This document shows, in pieces, positions 48,473-60,300 of a stretch of 64,000 nucleotides of DNA. Source of the stretch: Asterias rubens (lineage: Eukaryota); the NCBI RefSeq assembly GCF_902459465.1, contig NC_047072.1, forward strand, positions 9,672,001-9,736,000, written 5' to 3'. The notes below the pieces were generated by a model that saw nothing but the letters and a program-made list of their open reading frames with translations, ran no database searches and had not been told where the DNA came from. Position 1 is the first letter of the stretch, and every line of letters starts with the position of its first letter. The translations under genes were made by a program, and so were the position numbers.

Positions 48473-49309
48473 ATCGAAAAACTATTCGAATATCCGGTTA
48501 ATTTCGGGTAGGTAACCGATTACCAAAATTTAACTATTCGCCCAGCTCTACTGACCATGTACTACTCTGAGTCCCACAACCAAACTCATCCAACCTCCGA
48601 ATAACTCCGAATACCATCCAAGTGCCACTCTATTACCCAATCCCAATAAACAATCCAACCTTTCAACACCCTCTTGGTTTTACTCCATCACTCACCACTC
48701 ACCAACCCCCACAACTAACACGAACCTCCCCAACACAATCCAATTCTCAGTGAATGAATATTTCAATTTTCTTTTTACAGTTTGGGAGGAGTTTGAATCT
48801 ACATCTGATATAATAATAATCGGGTTTGATATTACTCTACCGCAAAGTGGAAAGAGCAGAAATTCCCAAACACTGAGTGAAGGGATTCCTACAGTGAGTG
48901 AAGAGATTCGAACCTGGAGAGAAAAACAACGGAAATTACCAGAACAATTTGTTTTTTTCTTCTCTTTCTTGGTTCTCCTTTTACGGTTGAGATCTGCTGT
49001 ACTTGAGAAAGCCCTTAAGCTCTACAATCCAGTGTTACAGCGATGCTCAAGTGACATTCACTGTCTCTCGCCATTAGGAAGTTTTTCGTGGATCATTGAA
49101 CATTAAACAACTTGTAAAGCAAAGTGTAAAAAGTTTTATTTGAATTCGCTTTGTAGATATAAGAACATATTAAAATAGACACCAATTAACTGCAGGCACA
49201 TGTCATGTAAATAACGCACACGCATAAGAATTTTACACGGCTGCTCTTATATTATTCAAACATTCATAAATATTTTTTGCGATTCATCATTGTAAAAACA
49301 AAAGTAAAT

Positions 49310-50740
49310 ATGTTGTCATATCATGACGAAGTGGACAAAGCGTCTTCGATATATAATGATGCACGGAAGAAGCTTCAGTGTTTTAAGGATATAACAGCAG
49401 AGTCCCTGCAAGTGAAAAAAGAAGAAACAACGAGTCGCCTTCAGAATCTGTTAAAAATGAGTGAAAATGAAAATAATGTCATCATCAACAAAGATAATGG
49501 TATTATGAATATATCAATAAGTGGAAGCAACAACTCATTGGTAGTGGTCGACAGCAAAGGGGCTAAGAAGCCCCTTTCTAACACGTATGTTACCCCTCCT
49601 GGAATGGAACAGGAGGTACTGAGAAGGGCAACCTTCAAAACATGGCCGCACAGCGCCCCTGTGTCTGCTGGAGCACTTGCACGCGCTGGATTCTTCTATA
49701 AGGGTTCGGAGGACAAGGTCGAGTGTTTTGCTTGCCGGGGGCAGATCAGGGAGTGGGAGTATAGCGACACTGCTATGGGAGAGCACAAGAAGCACTTCCC
49801 TAAATGCCCTTTCGTCCGTGATATAAACTACAAGAATGTTCCTATTGATGCGTCAAATCCACTGTCGGGTTCAACAGAACAGCGGTCACAGGAAAAAGCA
49901 GCTGGGCTCTTTAACGCCGGCCAGAGTGAAACCAAGAAGAATCAAACAGGGAAGAAAGCATCTGGGAAGCCATCCAAGGCCGATGGCTTTGAGGAGAATA
50001 AGAAAACACACCAAGGAAAGCCGACACGACAACCGACAATGGACTCGGCAGAACATGAAACAAAGCTGACTTTCCGAAGTGAGTACAAGCGTCTTCTGTC
50101 TTTTCAAAACTGGCCAAGAGACAGCCCCGTGGTCCCGAGGGACCTGGCAAAGGCTGGCTTCTACTCTTTGGAGAAGGAAGACGTCGTCCAATGTTTTGCC
50201 TGCTTCGGGAAGATCAACCGATGGGAACAAGGAGACGATGCTCAAAAAGAGCACGAGAAGCATTACCCGAGCTGCCCGTTTGTGTTGGGGTTTGATGTGA
50301 AAAACGAACCCATCTCGGAATTGCAGAGAGTCCAAGCAGAATCCATGAACTATCGATTTCCATCAGAATTTGAGCCTGCATTGCAGAGATTTGCTAAGCA
50401 CATGGAACCAGCCCTTCCTCAGACGGCCAAGGTGAGGAGCAAGTGGGTTGAAGGAGCCTCTGCTAAGGAGCCTGTAGTTCCACAGCCCAAGTTCCCCCTG
50501 TACACTGGAGAGAACAAAAGGCTGTCGACATTTGACGTGGGTTGGCCTGGAGTGAGAGGAATCACACCCCATAATCTTGCCAGAGCTGGCTTCTTCTACA
50601 CAGGTAAATACACACCTCGCCGTCAGACTGATTACACATTAAACGGACATTTATATTGCGCAATGATACTCAATGAGTACAAATAATAATCAACTCTTTC
50701 AGTCCCCACTTTTTTGTTTGCACTTGAACCTGAAATGCCC

Positions 50741-50771
<31 letters not shown>

Positions 50772-53700
50772 TCAAAGTAAACAAATAAGTGTTTCTAACC
50801 AAAAAAAAACACACAGATCCTGCAGATTTGTGGGTTTTTTTCCGGTCAGAGTCAATGGTATTTCTTTAGTGATGCCCTCTTCTGATAAAATGTATTATGG
50901 GTTGTACACTGTACAAGTACAATTGTGTACACAATGTGTACAAAACAAAATTGTATTAAAATGTGCAATCCCATGGGAACAATCTTTCGCGCCTAGACTA
51001 TTTCCGACTTTTGAGACGCTCCTTATAAGATTTATCATTGAAAATGAGTCCAAAGTCCCAAGTGTATCGCACTAAACTTATGAAGTCCTTGCAACCTTCT
51101 GATTGGCTTCAAGTTTTTCTGACTCAAATTGTATTTTCGACTATTTTAAACAGTCAAATGCTAGCGTGCTATCTAAGCTGACACAATGCCAAAGAAAGTT
51201 ACATTTTTGCTTTTTGTCAATTTCTTCCATTTGTTGCTGGAAGTAAAATCACACATTGTGCAGCGACATCGTACAAGTGCATATGTAACACCACTTTACA
51301 TTTTGCAATCTTAACAACAGGCGAGGGCGACAGCACCAAGTGTTTTTACTGCGGTGGTGGCCTGAAGAACTGGGAGTCAACAGACGAACCATGGACAGAA
51401 CACGCCAAGTGGTTTCCAGCGTGTGCCTGGTTGGTGCAGCAGAGGGGGCAAACATTCGTCACCTATGTCATACGCAACTTCCCTGTGGATTTTGCTCTTG
51501 TTCAAAGGACGCTTGCAAATAAGGTAAGTCATTAAGTGTAAAACCTTGCTGAAAATGACTGCACACTTCCATTGTGCCTTCCTTCAGAAACATTTTTTTG
51601 GTGTGTTCAGGGCAAACAATTTTGGCCCTGCTTACCGTAAGCTAAGAATCTGCACTGTTTCTAGTATGAAACATTGTGAGAAATGACTCCCTCTGAAGTA
51701 ACGTAGTTTTTAAAAAAGAGGAGATTTCTCACTCAAGTATTTGAAACTGAGAAAGACTTCAAGCTTAAAGTCTTTCTTAGGCATCTGAACGCACACAAAT
51801 TTGTGCAAGAAGGGTGTTTTTTTGGTCATCATTTCCTTGCAACTGCGTTGACCATTAGAACCCAAATGTTCACAGGTTTGTTATTTTATGCAATTATGTT
51901 GGGGTACGCCACATGAAAATAGTGGTCTTTGACAAATACTGAACTTGTCTGGGGTGGCTTTCACGAAACTCTAGGACTGATCCTATCTCGAGTTGGGACG
52001 AGCTACTTACAGTGTAGGATGGGTTCAATGCATCCTAAGTTCTATGAATACAGAACCTAACTTGCCCTATTGTAAGTCCTATGATTAATCCTAAGTTACG
52101 AAGAGTTTGGTGAAATCGACGGCAGTGCCTTTAAGTTCCACTTCATTATCTTCTCATCATGTAGGAGAGACAGGAGGCTCGATCGGCGCTCAAACCCAAG
52201 ACACCAGCCCCTCCAACAGCGGCAGCGGCCCGTCACTTTTCTTCATCTGCCTCTGCACACCAGGAACCGGAGGAGGAAGCAGGGGTACGTTTCAAACAAC
52301 CGAGGGTCAACAAGCCGAGCATCAAGAAACAGTCACCTCTTGGTAAGCATTTGGTTTGCTTATGTGTTAAAATAAGATCGCCTCGAGTAATAAACTCAGG
52401 GCCAAGTTTCATGGTACCAAATTGTTTATATCAAAATTTACATTGGATATCTTTTTTTGTTTTTTAATGTGAGGATACAATATTTAAGAATTTTGAATAA
52501 TTAGATTTTTTTATATATTTTTGTTTGTTATACCAATGTTTTATAAGTATAGTCTTCGTTGGCGCAGTGCTCTCATTTACGACTTGTGCTAGACTTGCTG
52601 AATCTATTGGGACCTTCATCCTACATCCACTTTTCCCATCTCAGTTAACTTCAGAAGTCTGGTTCACGTTTAAGGCTTGGTTTTATTACCAAAAAGGTAC
52701 AACCACAATATCTATAATAATAATAATAGGTATTTAGAAACGCTCCCCATAGAAAACTATATCACAGCGCTTACAAAAACTGAAAAATAAAAAACCAAAT
52801 ATCTATGTGCCATGAGATCTAATTTGCTTTTTGTTTTTCATTCGCATGAACTAATAGATACAGCAATGAGTGGCCGAGTAACAACTCGTGTTCTTGAAAT
52901 GGGCTACGACCCTCACTTTGTTAAGAAAGTCGTGAGGCACCGACTGCAGACACGCGGGGTAGAATTCGATACGACAAATGACTTGCTGGAAGCCGTTTGG
53001 CAGGCGGAAGAAAGCGGAATGACGTTACCATCTTCAGACGATGAGGAACCAGCCGGAGGAACCGTCGAGAAATTCATGAGTGAGATGCCAGAGAAGAAAA
53101 GGCAGAGCGGCCACAGGGAGGAAGAGCTTGAACGACTCTCGGAACAGATGGAAGAAATTCAGATTAGAGCGGGTCCAACGGGGGCCTCACCTGAGAATAG
53201 AGGCAGGACGAATAGAGTCTTGGAACGTCAAATGTCTCGTAAGTGCTTGTGTGCAACCTTTTTTGGGTAATCACTCTTAAAATTAACGGAACATGTTGCA
53301 TTGGATTGGTTGAGTTGGTCTTTGAAAAGAGCTTAAAACCATTGTTATGAAATTTGTATCTGTCTAACCATATGCATTTTATAACAAATAGTTTTAAACT
53401 GTTTTCATAGACCAACTCGCCCAATGAAAGGCAACGTGTCCCTTTAATGGCAATAAAAAATGACTTGGTTAGGAGTACAAGAGCTTTCAGACTAGAATTA
53501 AACAAAGTTTTTTGGCCTTTCCAATCCCGTAAAATTTAAGGTTCATGGTTTGCAGTTAAATTGAAAGTGTTAAATGGCATTGATGTCTTTTTGTTGCTCT
53601 TGTAAACGATTCTGTGACATTTGAAACAATTATTAAGTTAGTTTTATACTCATTATGCTCAGTTGCAATTCAAAATTGGTGAATGTATTGACGTTTTTAA

Positions 53701-54233
53701 GCGTCATCTGAAGACCTAAATGTACCCTTTGAGGCAATTGTTTTAGTTAATGGAATATAGGTTTCGTGTAAACTGTTAGTGCAGAATTGAATGACGGTAT
53801 CTTCACTGGCTGTCAATATTTGCGTTGAACTTCCTTGAACATATTTTTGTAATTGTCTTTTTTTTAAATTGTATTCTTCGGAAACCCTCTGTACTGTAAT
53901 GTTGCAATTTGGTAATTGCTTTTTACCTTTGTATTTAGGGCATTCAGGCCATTCTGGAAACTTGGTGCTTTATAAATATCTTTCTTTTATTATTATTATT
54001 AATGTTTGGTTTTTTTTCCCTGTTTTTTTGCCTTCACAGCTACACAATTCGAAGAAGAAATCGAGAGACTTCGGGATGAGAAGTTGTGCAAAGTATGTAT
54101 GGATGAAGATGCCAACACGATTCTCATGCCCTGCAATCACTTTGTTTTGTGCAGCTCTTGCTCGGAATTACTCAGAGATTGCCCAATATGCCGGAAGCCA
54201 ATCAGAGAAGTTGTAAGGGTTTATAAGTCGTAA
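49310..54233 (+). CDS. Inhibitor of apoptosis protein (3xBIR-UBA-RING, no CARD seen; XIAP/cIAP family), 5 coding exons, ~749 aa
   Basis: Exons 49310-50603, 51321-51523, 52165-52342, 52858-53238, 54040-54233; GT-AG, 2250 nt in frame. Three BIRs with Cx2C...H...C ([13 protein letters not shown]; [13 protein letters not shown]; [13 protein letters not shown]), UBA-like segment ([15 protein letters not shown]...NDLLEAV), C-terminal C3HC4 RING (CKVCMD...CNH...CSSC...CPICR). Confidence 0.95.
51655..51945 (+). mobile_element. Kolobok-type MITE, degenerate copy (IAP intron 2)
   Basis: Diverged body (AAACATTGTGAGAAATGACTCCCTCTGAAG...TTCACAGGTTTGTTATTTTATG). Confidence 0.7.
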
Positions 54234-54637
54234 GGTGTGACTGCCTTGGCAGTTACGTAAACCTTTAGGGCCAGTTCATACTCGCTGCGAGCACACACCC
54301 GACAATGCGGGTCTTGTTTTAGCTGGATAATAATTAGTCGCTGTTTTCACGAAGAGCCACATATGTCCATTTGCTTGATTGAGATTTACATTTTGCAATG
54401 TGCTTCGCTTAAAACTGCAAAATCTGCAGTTTAAAAATAATATACAGAATCCTCATATGAATCTGTATCTGTTTAAGCTATCCATTGACTTGCTACACCT
54501 TGAAATGTATTCGCTAATTAGGGAATATATTTCAAGACCGCCATAGTAATTATCAAGTATCAAACAGAGGAAAGTGACTGGGTAACAACTTTTAAATAGT
54601 TTGAGTTTGAACAGAGGAAGGGGACCGCCCAACATAG

Positions 54638-54710
54638 GGCTGGATAGCTCAGTTGGTAGAGCGCCGGTGCGTTAATCCGGAGGTCGTTGGTTCAAGTCCT
54701 GCTCCAGTCA
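54638..54710 (+). pseudogene. tRNA(Asn, GTT)-like 73-nt element: pseudo-tRNA or tRNA-derived SINE head
   Basis: Acceptor GGCTGGA/TCCAGTC, D-arm GCTC/GAGC, anticodon loop GCGTTAA, T-loop TTCAAGT, T5 run just downstream. C33 instead of U33 and mismatched T-stem and anticodon stem argue against a functional tRNA. Confidence 0.6.
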
Positions 54711-55388
54711 ATTTTTCTTTGTTCAAATGCATAGTAATAAGTAGCAATCTGTCATAATTGGCTTTTTGTGAAACCTTAAAAAAAAGATTTTTCCCTACAT
54801 TTTTCTGTTGCAATTTTTAACAATGCATTTCGTGTGCTTGTGGCTCCTCATGAAAAGGCCCCGTCCTGTATCAGAATGAAAAACAAAAAATCTGCTAAAG
54901 ATATGAAGCTCACTTTGTGGAAACGGTAAAAAAATTGTATACAAACATGCCATATAATTGACAAGTACATGTATAATAAACTTACACGTATACACACACA
55001 CGTATTGGACTGTTGTAATAATAATATGAATAAAACAGCATTTGTATATTACATTCTGGATCACAGACCCCCTCGAGGCACTTTACAATTTTAAAAAGCT
55101 ATAATATTTGCAAAGATTCACTGCAGACAAAATTAACGGGTCAGTTGTATAAACATATTTAAATGTAAAACACAAAAACTATAGTAAAGAAAAAATGGCT
55201 CCACTCAAAACCTGGCCAGAAAAGTAACAAGCTTAGAGTTTTAATTTTTGTTTTTACCCATACACCGATGTTCGTTAGCACTGGAGCAGTGTCTTACAGT
55301 ACTTAAGTGTCTTACTAGAAATACCGAGATTGCCCGGTAGCTAGAGGCAGTACTGAGTATACCTGTGCTAACACATCGATGTATGGGT

Positions 55389-55758
55389 TCAGCTTGGGCG
55401 ATATCGATTTATTTTATTCACGATATATCGCCGACAATATATCGCAATATTTGATATAATCGCGATTAATGAAATTTGACATCATCAGTCTTCAAACTCC
55501 AAGTGAAAGTTGTAGAAGAGACAGTCATAGCTTAAGAGAGGTGTTCTAATGACCTATTCTTCTGCTTTTACTCCAAACCTATGGGGTGCAAGATGTCTCA
55601 GCTAGCAAATACATCGCGATATTTAATCGATATCGCGATATATTGCGATATATCGCGATATATCGATATTTCGATTAAAACCAAATCCATCCGATATCGA
55701 AATCAGTTCCAAATTAATATCGCGATATTCGATAATATCGTGATATCGCCCAAGCTTA
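55389..55758. mobile_element. hAT-type MITE with 8-bp TSD, nested in another repeat
   Basis: TIR T(C/A)AGCTTGGGCGATATC at both ends; TSD GTATGGGT at 55381-55388 and 55759-55766; interior rich in GATATC/CGATAT motifs. The uninterrupted host sequence occurs at ~31620-31710. Confidence 0.88.
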
Positions 55759-57018
55759 GTATGGGTAAAAACCAAAATTAGTATTCTTTATCCCTGATGC
55801 AAATTTAACATCTATTATATAAACTTAGTGTTATATACTCGATACACTAGAAAACTTAGAGATAACTCACTGCTATTGTATTCAAAGAGTTTGTAAAGTG
55901 GTTGAAAGTTCTTTTTATCCTTTCAATCTTAGCTTCGACAACATGTTCTGACGAGCCGATGTTAAATAAAGCTACACAAACTCATGTAAAAAATGTAATC
56001 GATGCTTTCTTAACCCTTTTGTCCACAGATTAATTTAAAAACAAAACAAAAAAGGCCATGTTCAAAACAAAACAAAAAAGAGCATGTTCAAACGTGTTTT
56101 TCTCAAAATATCGTAATAGCACCCTCTGTTGAATACACACCAAACGAAAGTTCAACAATCGCTCCTAACAACCGAATGAGGGGGTATATGTTTATGGGGG
56201 TTGTAGTTTTTAAGTTATGACCGTTTTGACATGTTTTGGTGGTCGTTGGCGACTGGCTTGTGCACCAAAGGTTTTTTGGGGCACAATAGTCAGTTTTCAA
56301 AATTATTTGTTCTGGTGGAATTGGTGGGTTAGACTGAATTAACTCTTAATAAAAAAACTATTAATAGTGTATCATCATGTATAAAGAGCTTCATACGCTT
56401 TGTTTGTACGAGTTTCACAAATGTTGTGCCGTCTTGTAAAGATTGAAAGATGCTTGATTTAGGGTTGTTGCTGCTAACCTTCTCCACGGATTAAATTGGT
56501 TACATCCAATACGTATTCTAGATTATCAAAAAACACATATTTTACGATTGCTAACACTTACTTATACTATTTAGGTTATACCCCAGTTGCGTAACCAGGC
56601 ATTTTCACGAAGGGGTTGGGGGTAAACAGGAGCACAAAGACCTAATTTGTTGTTGATGTGACACCGCCTCAACCTGGGATTTCGCCCTTCATAATTAGAG
56701 AGTGTACATACTTAGTTAGGTTGCTTTGTGAAGTTTGGATTTTGCATGCTCAACCACTCGCTCTTCTCAACCATCCAAAGGTTTTGAATGGTGAATTGTT
56801 GAAACATTCACCCACTGCAGGCAGTTAGGGTGGCTTAAGTGAATCAACTCTTCTGGAGGTTGTATGGTTCCTATAGGGAGTAGTGGTGCTTATTAGATGA
56901 GTAGGGTTTTAAATATTGTATACCTCGGGACATTATTTTTTCAAACCGCTTCTTAGTTAATAAGGCCTCCGGCTCCGGGCTTCATTGGATGAATGACAAA
57001 TTTTACAAATCAATGCAG

Positions 57019-57389
57019 AGCCCAAGCCGGAGCTGAAAGCCCAAGCCGGAGCTGAAAACCCAAGCCGGAGCTGAAAGCCCAAGCCGGAGCTGAAAGCCCA
57101 AGCCGGAGCTGAAAGCCCAAGCCAGAGCTGAAAGCCCAAGCCAGAGCTGAAAGCCCAAGCCAGAGCTGAAAGCCCAAGCCAGAGCTGAAAGCCCAAGCCG
57201 GAGCTGAAAGCCCAAGCCGGAGCTGAAAGCCCAAGCCGGAGCTGAAAGCCCAAGCCGGAGCTGAAAACCCAAGCCGGAGCTGAAAGCCCAAGCCGGAGCT
57301 GAAAGCCCAAGCCGGAGCTGAAAGCCCAAGCCGGAGCTGAAAGCCCAAGCCGGAGCTGAAAGCCCAAGCCGGAGCTGAAAGCCCAAGCC
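57019..57389. repeat. 19-bp tandem satellite, ~19 copies
   Basis: Unit GCCCAAGCC(G/A)GAGCTGAAA; the ORFs over it repeat every 19 aa (3 units). Confidence 0.97.
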
Positions 57390-57740
57390 CAGGGCCCAAT
57401 TTCCTAGAGATGCTTACAAGAAAATCTTGCTCAGAAATTAGTAGGATACCGGTCGCAAATTCTACAAGTGACATGGTATTTTAATTGGCTGGTTACCTTA
57501 CTCTGGTAAGCATAATTCTGTTTCGCTTAGCTTATACATGTATTTGTGTGCTTTAGCAGCACTTTGTAATTCATAGAGTTGCTTAAGCACAACCAAATTA
57601 TGCTTACCGGAATAAGGTTACCAGCCAAAATACTGTGTCATATTCACCATATCTGATTGGGATCCTGCTAGTTTTTGCTAAGCACAACATTTGTTAGCAA
57701 GAGTGTGTGCTTAAGCAGCTCTATGAAATTGGGCCCCAGT
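57390..57740. mobile_element. PIF/Harbinger-type MITE copy with CAG TSD
   Basis: CAG|GGCCCAATTTC...GAAATTGGGCCC|CAG; abuts the 19-bp satellite. Confidence 0.78.
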
Positions 57741-58344
57741 TTGGGAAGCAAGGCCTTAGTAAAGCTTTAGCCTGCGTGCTGTTGACATTGTGTCTTATTC
57801 CTCTGCTATAGATGCAAGTGCAAGAAAGATAATAGCCAAAATTTATGCTAGATAGCTAAATGTTTCATCTTTTTTTCTTTAAACTAATTTGAAATTTTAG
57901 GATTATTTGGGATTATTTACCTTTAAGAGTTAACATTTTCTGTGGACACAAAATGCTTGATAGAATCGACCAATGATATAATTGCATTTTTGATCATATT
58001 ATGAGTGTTATTTTAGATCGGAACAATTTTGTTGTATTACTTTAAAACGAATGGAAGGCAAAATTCACATACTTTGACCTGGGCACTTTCTATTCGATAG
58101 TTTGTCTTTGGAAGAAAAGGAAGAATTTACACTTTGTTGCACTAGTTGTTTCGTGCAGGAATAAAAACAAAATATTGCTAGAAAACTATAATCTTCTTGT
58201 TCAGTGTTTTTCTTTTCAACCCGATTCCCCCTTTTAAGAGTAGATATTACTAAGAACTAAAAAAACAAAACATGTGAACCCTTATACCAGGGTGGAGGTC
58301 TGCAGTGCCGCAGGTGACCTCACTCGCAATCGACCTTTAAACAC

Positions 58345-59163
58345 ATTTGGCTGTTTGGGCTGGCTGCCTAGGATCAAGCTGTTTTCGGCCTGCCCACAGG
58401 ATTGCTCAGGATCGAGTTGTTTGGGCCGTTCAGGATAAAGTTGTTTGGGCCGTTCAGGATCAAGTTGTTTGGACGGCCCAGGATTGGGCTGTTGGGGGCT
58501 GCCCTGGACAAGGCTTTTGGGGCTGCCAAAGATTGGGCTGCCCAGGATTGGGAGGTTTTGGCTGACCAGGATTGGGCTGGGGCCGCCTAAGATTGGGCTG
58601 TTGAGGGCTGCCCAGGAATGGGCAGCTGGGGGCTGCCCTGGACAAGGCTGCTGGGGCCGCCTTAGATTGGGCTGCTGGAGCTGCCCAGGATTAGGCAGTT
58701 GGGTCTGCCCAGGATTGGGCTGCTGGGGTCTGCTCTGGATTGGGCTGCCCAGGATTGGGCTGTTTGGGCTGCCCAGGATTGGGCTGTTTGGGCTGTGGGC
58801 TGCCCAGGATTGGGCTGCCCAGGATTGTGCTGTTTGGGCTGCCCAGGATTGGGCTGCTGGGGTCTGCCCAGGATTGGGCTGTTTGGGCTGCCCAGGATTG
58901 GGCTGTTTGGGCAGCCCAGGATTGGGCTGCTGGGGTCTGCCCAGGATTGGGCTGTTTGGGCTGCCCAGGATTGGGCTGTTTGGGCTGCCCAGGATTGGGC
59001 TGCTGGGGTCTGCCCAGGATTGGGCTGTTTGGGCTGCCCAGGATTGGGCTGCTGGGGTCTGCTCAGGATTGGGCTGCTGGGGTCTGCTCAGGATTGGGCT
59101 GTTTGGGCTGCCCAGGATTGGGCTGTTTGGGCTGCCCAGGATTGGGCTGTTTGGGCTGCCGCA
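58345..59163. repeat. GC-rich 24/25-bp minisatellite with left-to-right divergence gradient
   Basis: Units CTGCCCAGGATTGGGCTGTTTGGG and CTGCCCAGGATTGGGCTGCTGGGGT; homogeneous at 58700-59160, decayed at 58345-58700. Confidence 0.95.
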
Positions 59164-60300
59164 GGTTTTGTATCTCAACAAAAGGTATATGTCCGGTTTA
59201 ACAGATACTAAATTTAACTTTAGTTGCCTTTACCACTGCTTACCGACAGCAAACGTGTCCGTGTTAAAAAATACATACTTAAAAATGCACAAGGTGTGTA
59301 CATTGTTTAGCTTCATTGCGTTTATTGAAACCTTACGATACAAAATGAGAACAGGAATGTTAAAATGTTAAAATGTGTCAGCGCAGCAAGGTCGTACAAC
59401 TCAATTCTGCAACCAATTTATATCTCGTGTAGAAACTGATGCGTGTTATAATGCCTTATCTCGGCATCTTTTGACTTGGTGCGTACATCCAGGTTATTTT
59501 AAGAGAAATATGGCCTTTCTAAAATGCAGGTTTTACAAAAACAATATTGCTATGACCATTTCGCACCAACACAAGGAATTTTGAAAAACTGTGAAACTCA
59601 TACAACAACCATTTCATAACCAACATAGGACATTTTTTAGTGAAAGAACAAAACATGGTTTATGTTACAGATTTTGTGGCCATTTATATCAAGCTTATTT
59701 TGACCACGGTCGGCTATTGAAATAAGAAACTTAGGCCTCAACTTCTTAACTTTGACAGTGTTTCTGATGGAAATATTTCATTGAATGGTTGTCAAACTTT
59801 ATAATCAGCGAGTCGTTATAATGAAATCATTTCATAGCTGAGATAGACTCTGCTAGGGACGAAACAACAGGCACTTAACTATTTAAATATTTATACCACA
59901 GCTTATTTTGCTCGGTAAGCAGTTTACAACAGCTAAAAATCTATTCATTTTTGTTTTATTATAGCAGAATTGTCATTTGTCTTTTAATGAAACTGATGCT
60001 CACATTTTTAAGATGATAGCGTTGAAATGATCGCATGGAAACAACCACTAACGATGTTTCATAACTTCAACAGCTCTCCAGTGGTTTTTACTAATATTAA
60101 GATTTTATGGTCAGTAACTTGTGACAGAATTTCCAAATGTACACCTCTAGCTTTAAACAAAATACTGCTCCGTTAGTTGACTAAACATAAGGTTAATCCT
60201 AACCCTTCAGGAAATCTGGCCTAATGGCAGAATGGTTCGTGGTTCGACTTAGCCAGGTAGTTAGGGGAGAGGGTATTTGACGTTATCCCGAATGTTGTTC

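Noticed and set aside
48028-48515. Pro/Gln/Thr-rich ORFs
   Set aside because: They coincide with the C/A-rich minisatellite.
55925-55985. CTGACGAGCC hammerhead-like start (similar partial motifs at ~41405-41440, ~34805-34845, ~59835-59875)
   Set aside because: No paired stem II plus GAAA in register; at most heavily decayed Penelope-type ends.
56957-57474. Three overlapping 127-154-aa ORFs
   Set aside because: All are translations of the 19-bp satellite; a stop-free unit opens every frame.
58282-59371. 299-aa and 308-aa ORFs on opposite strands
   Set aside because: Artefacts of the 24/25-bp minisatellite; no splice or homology support.
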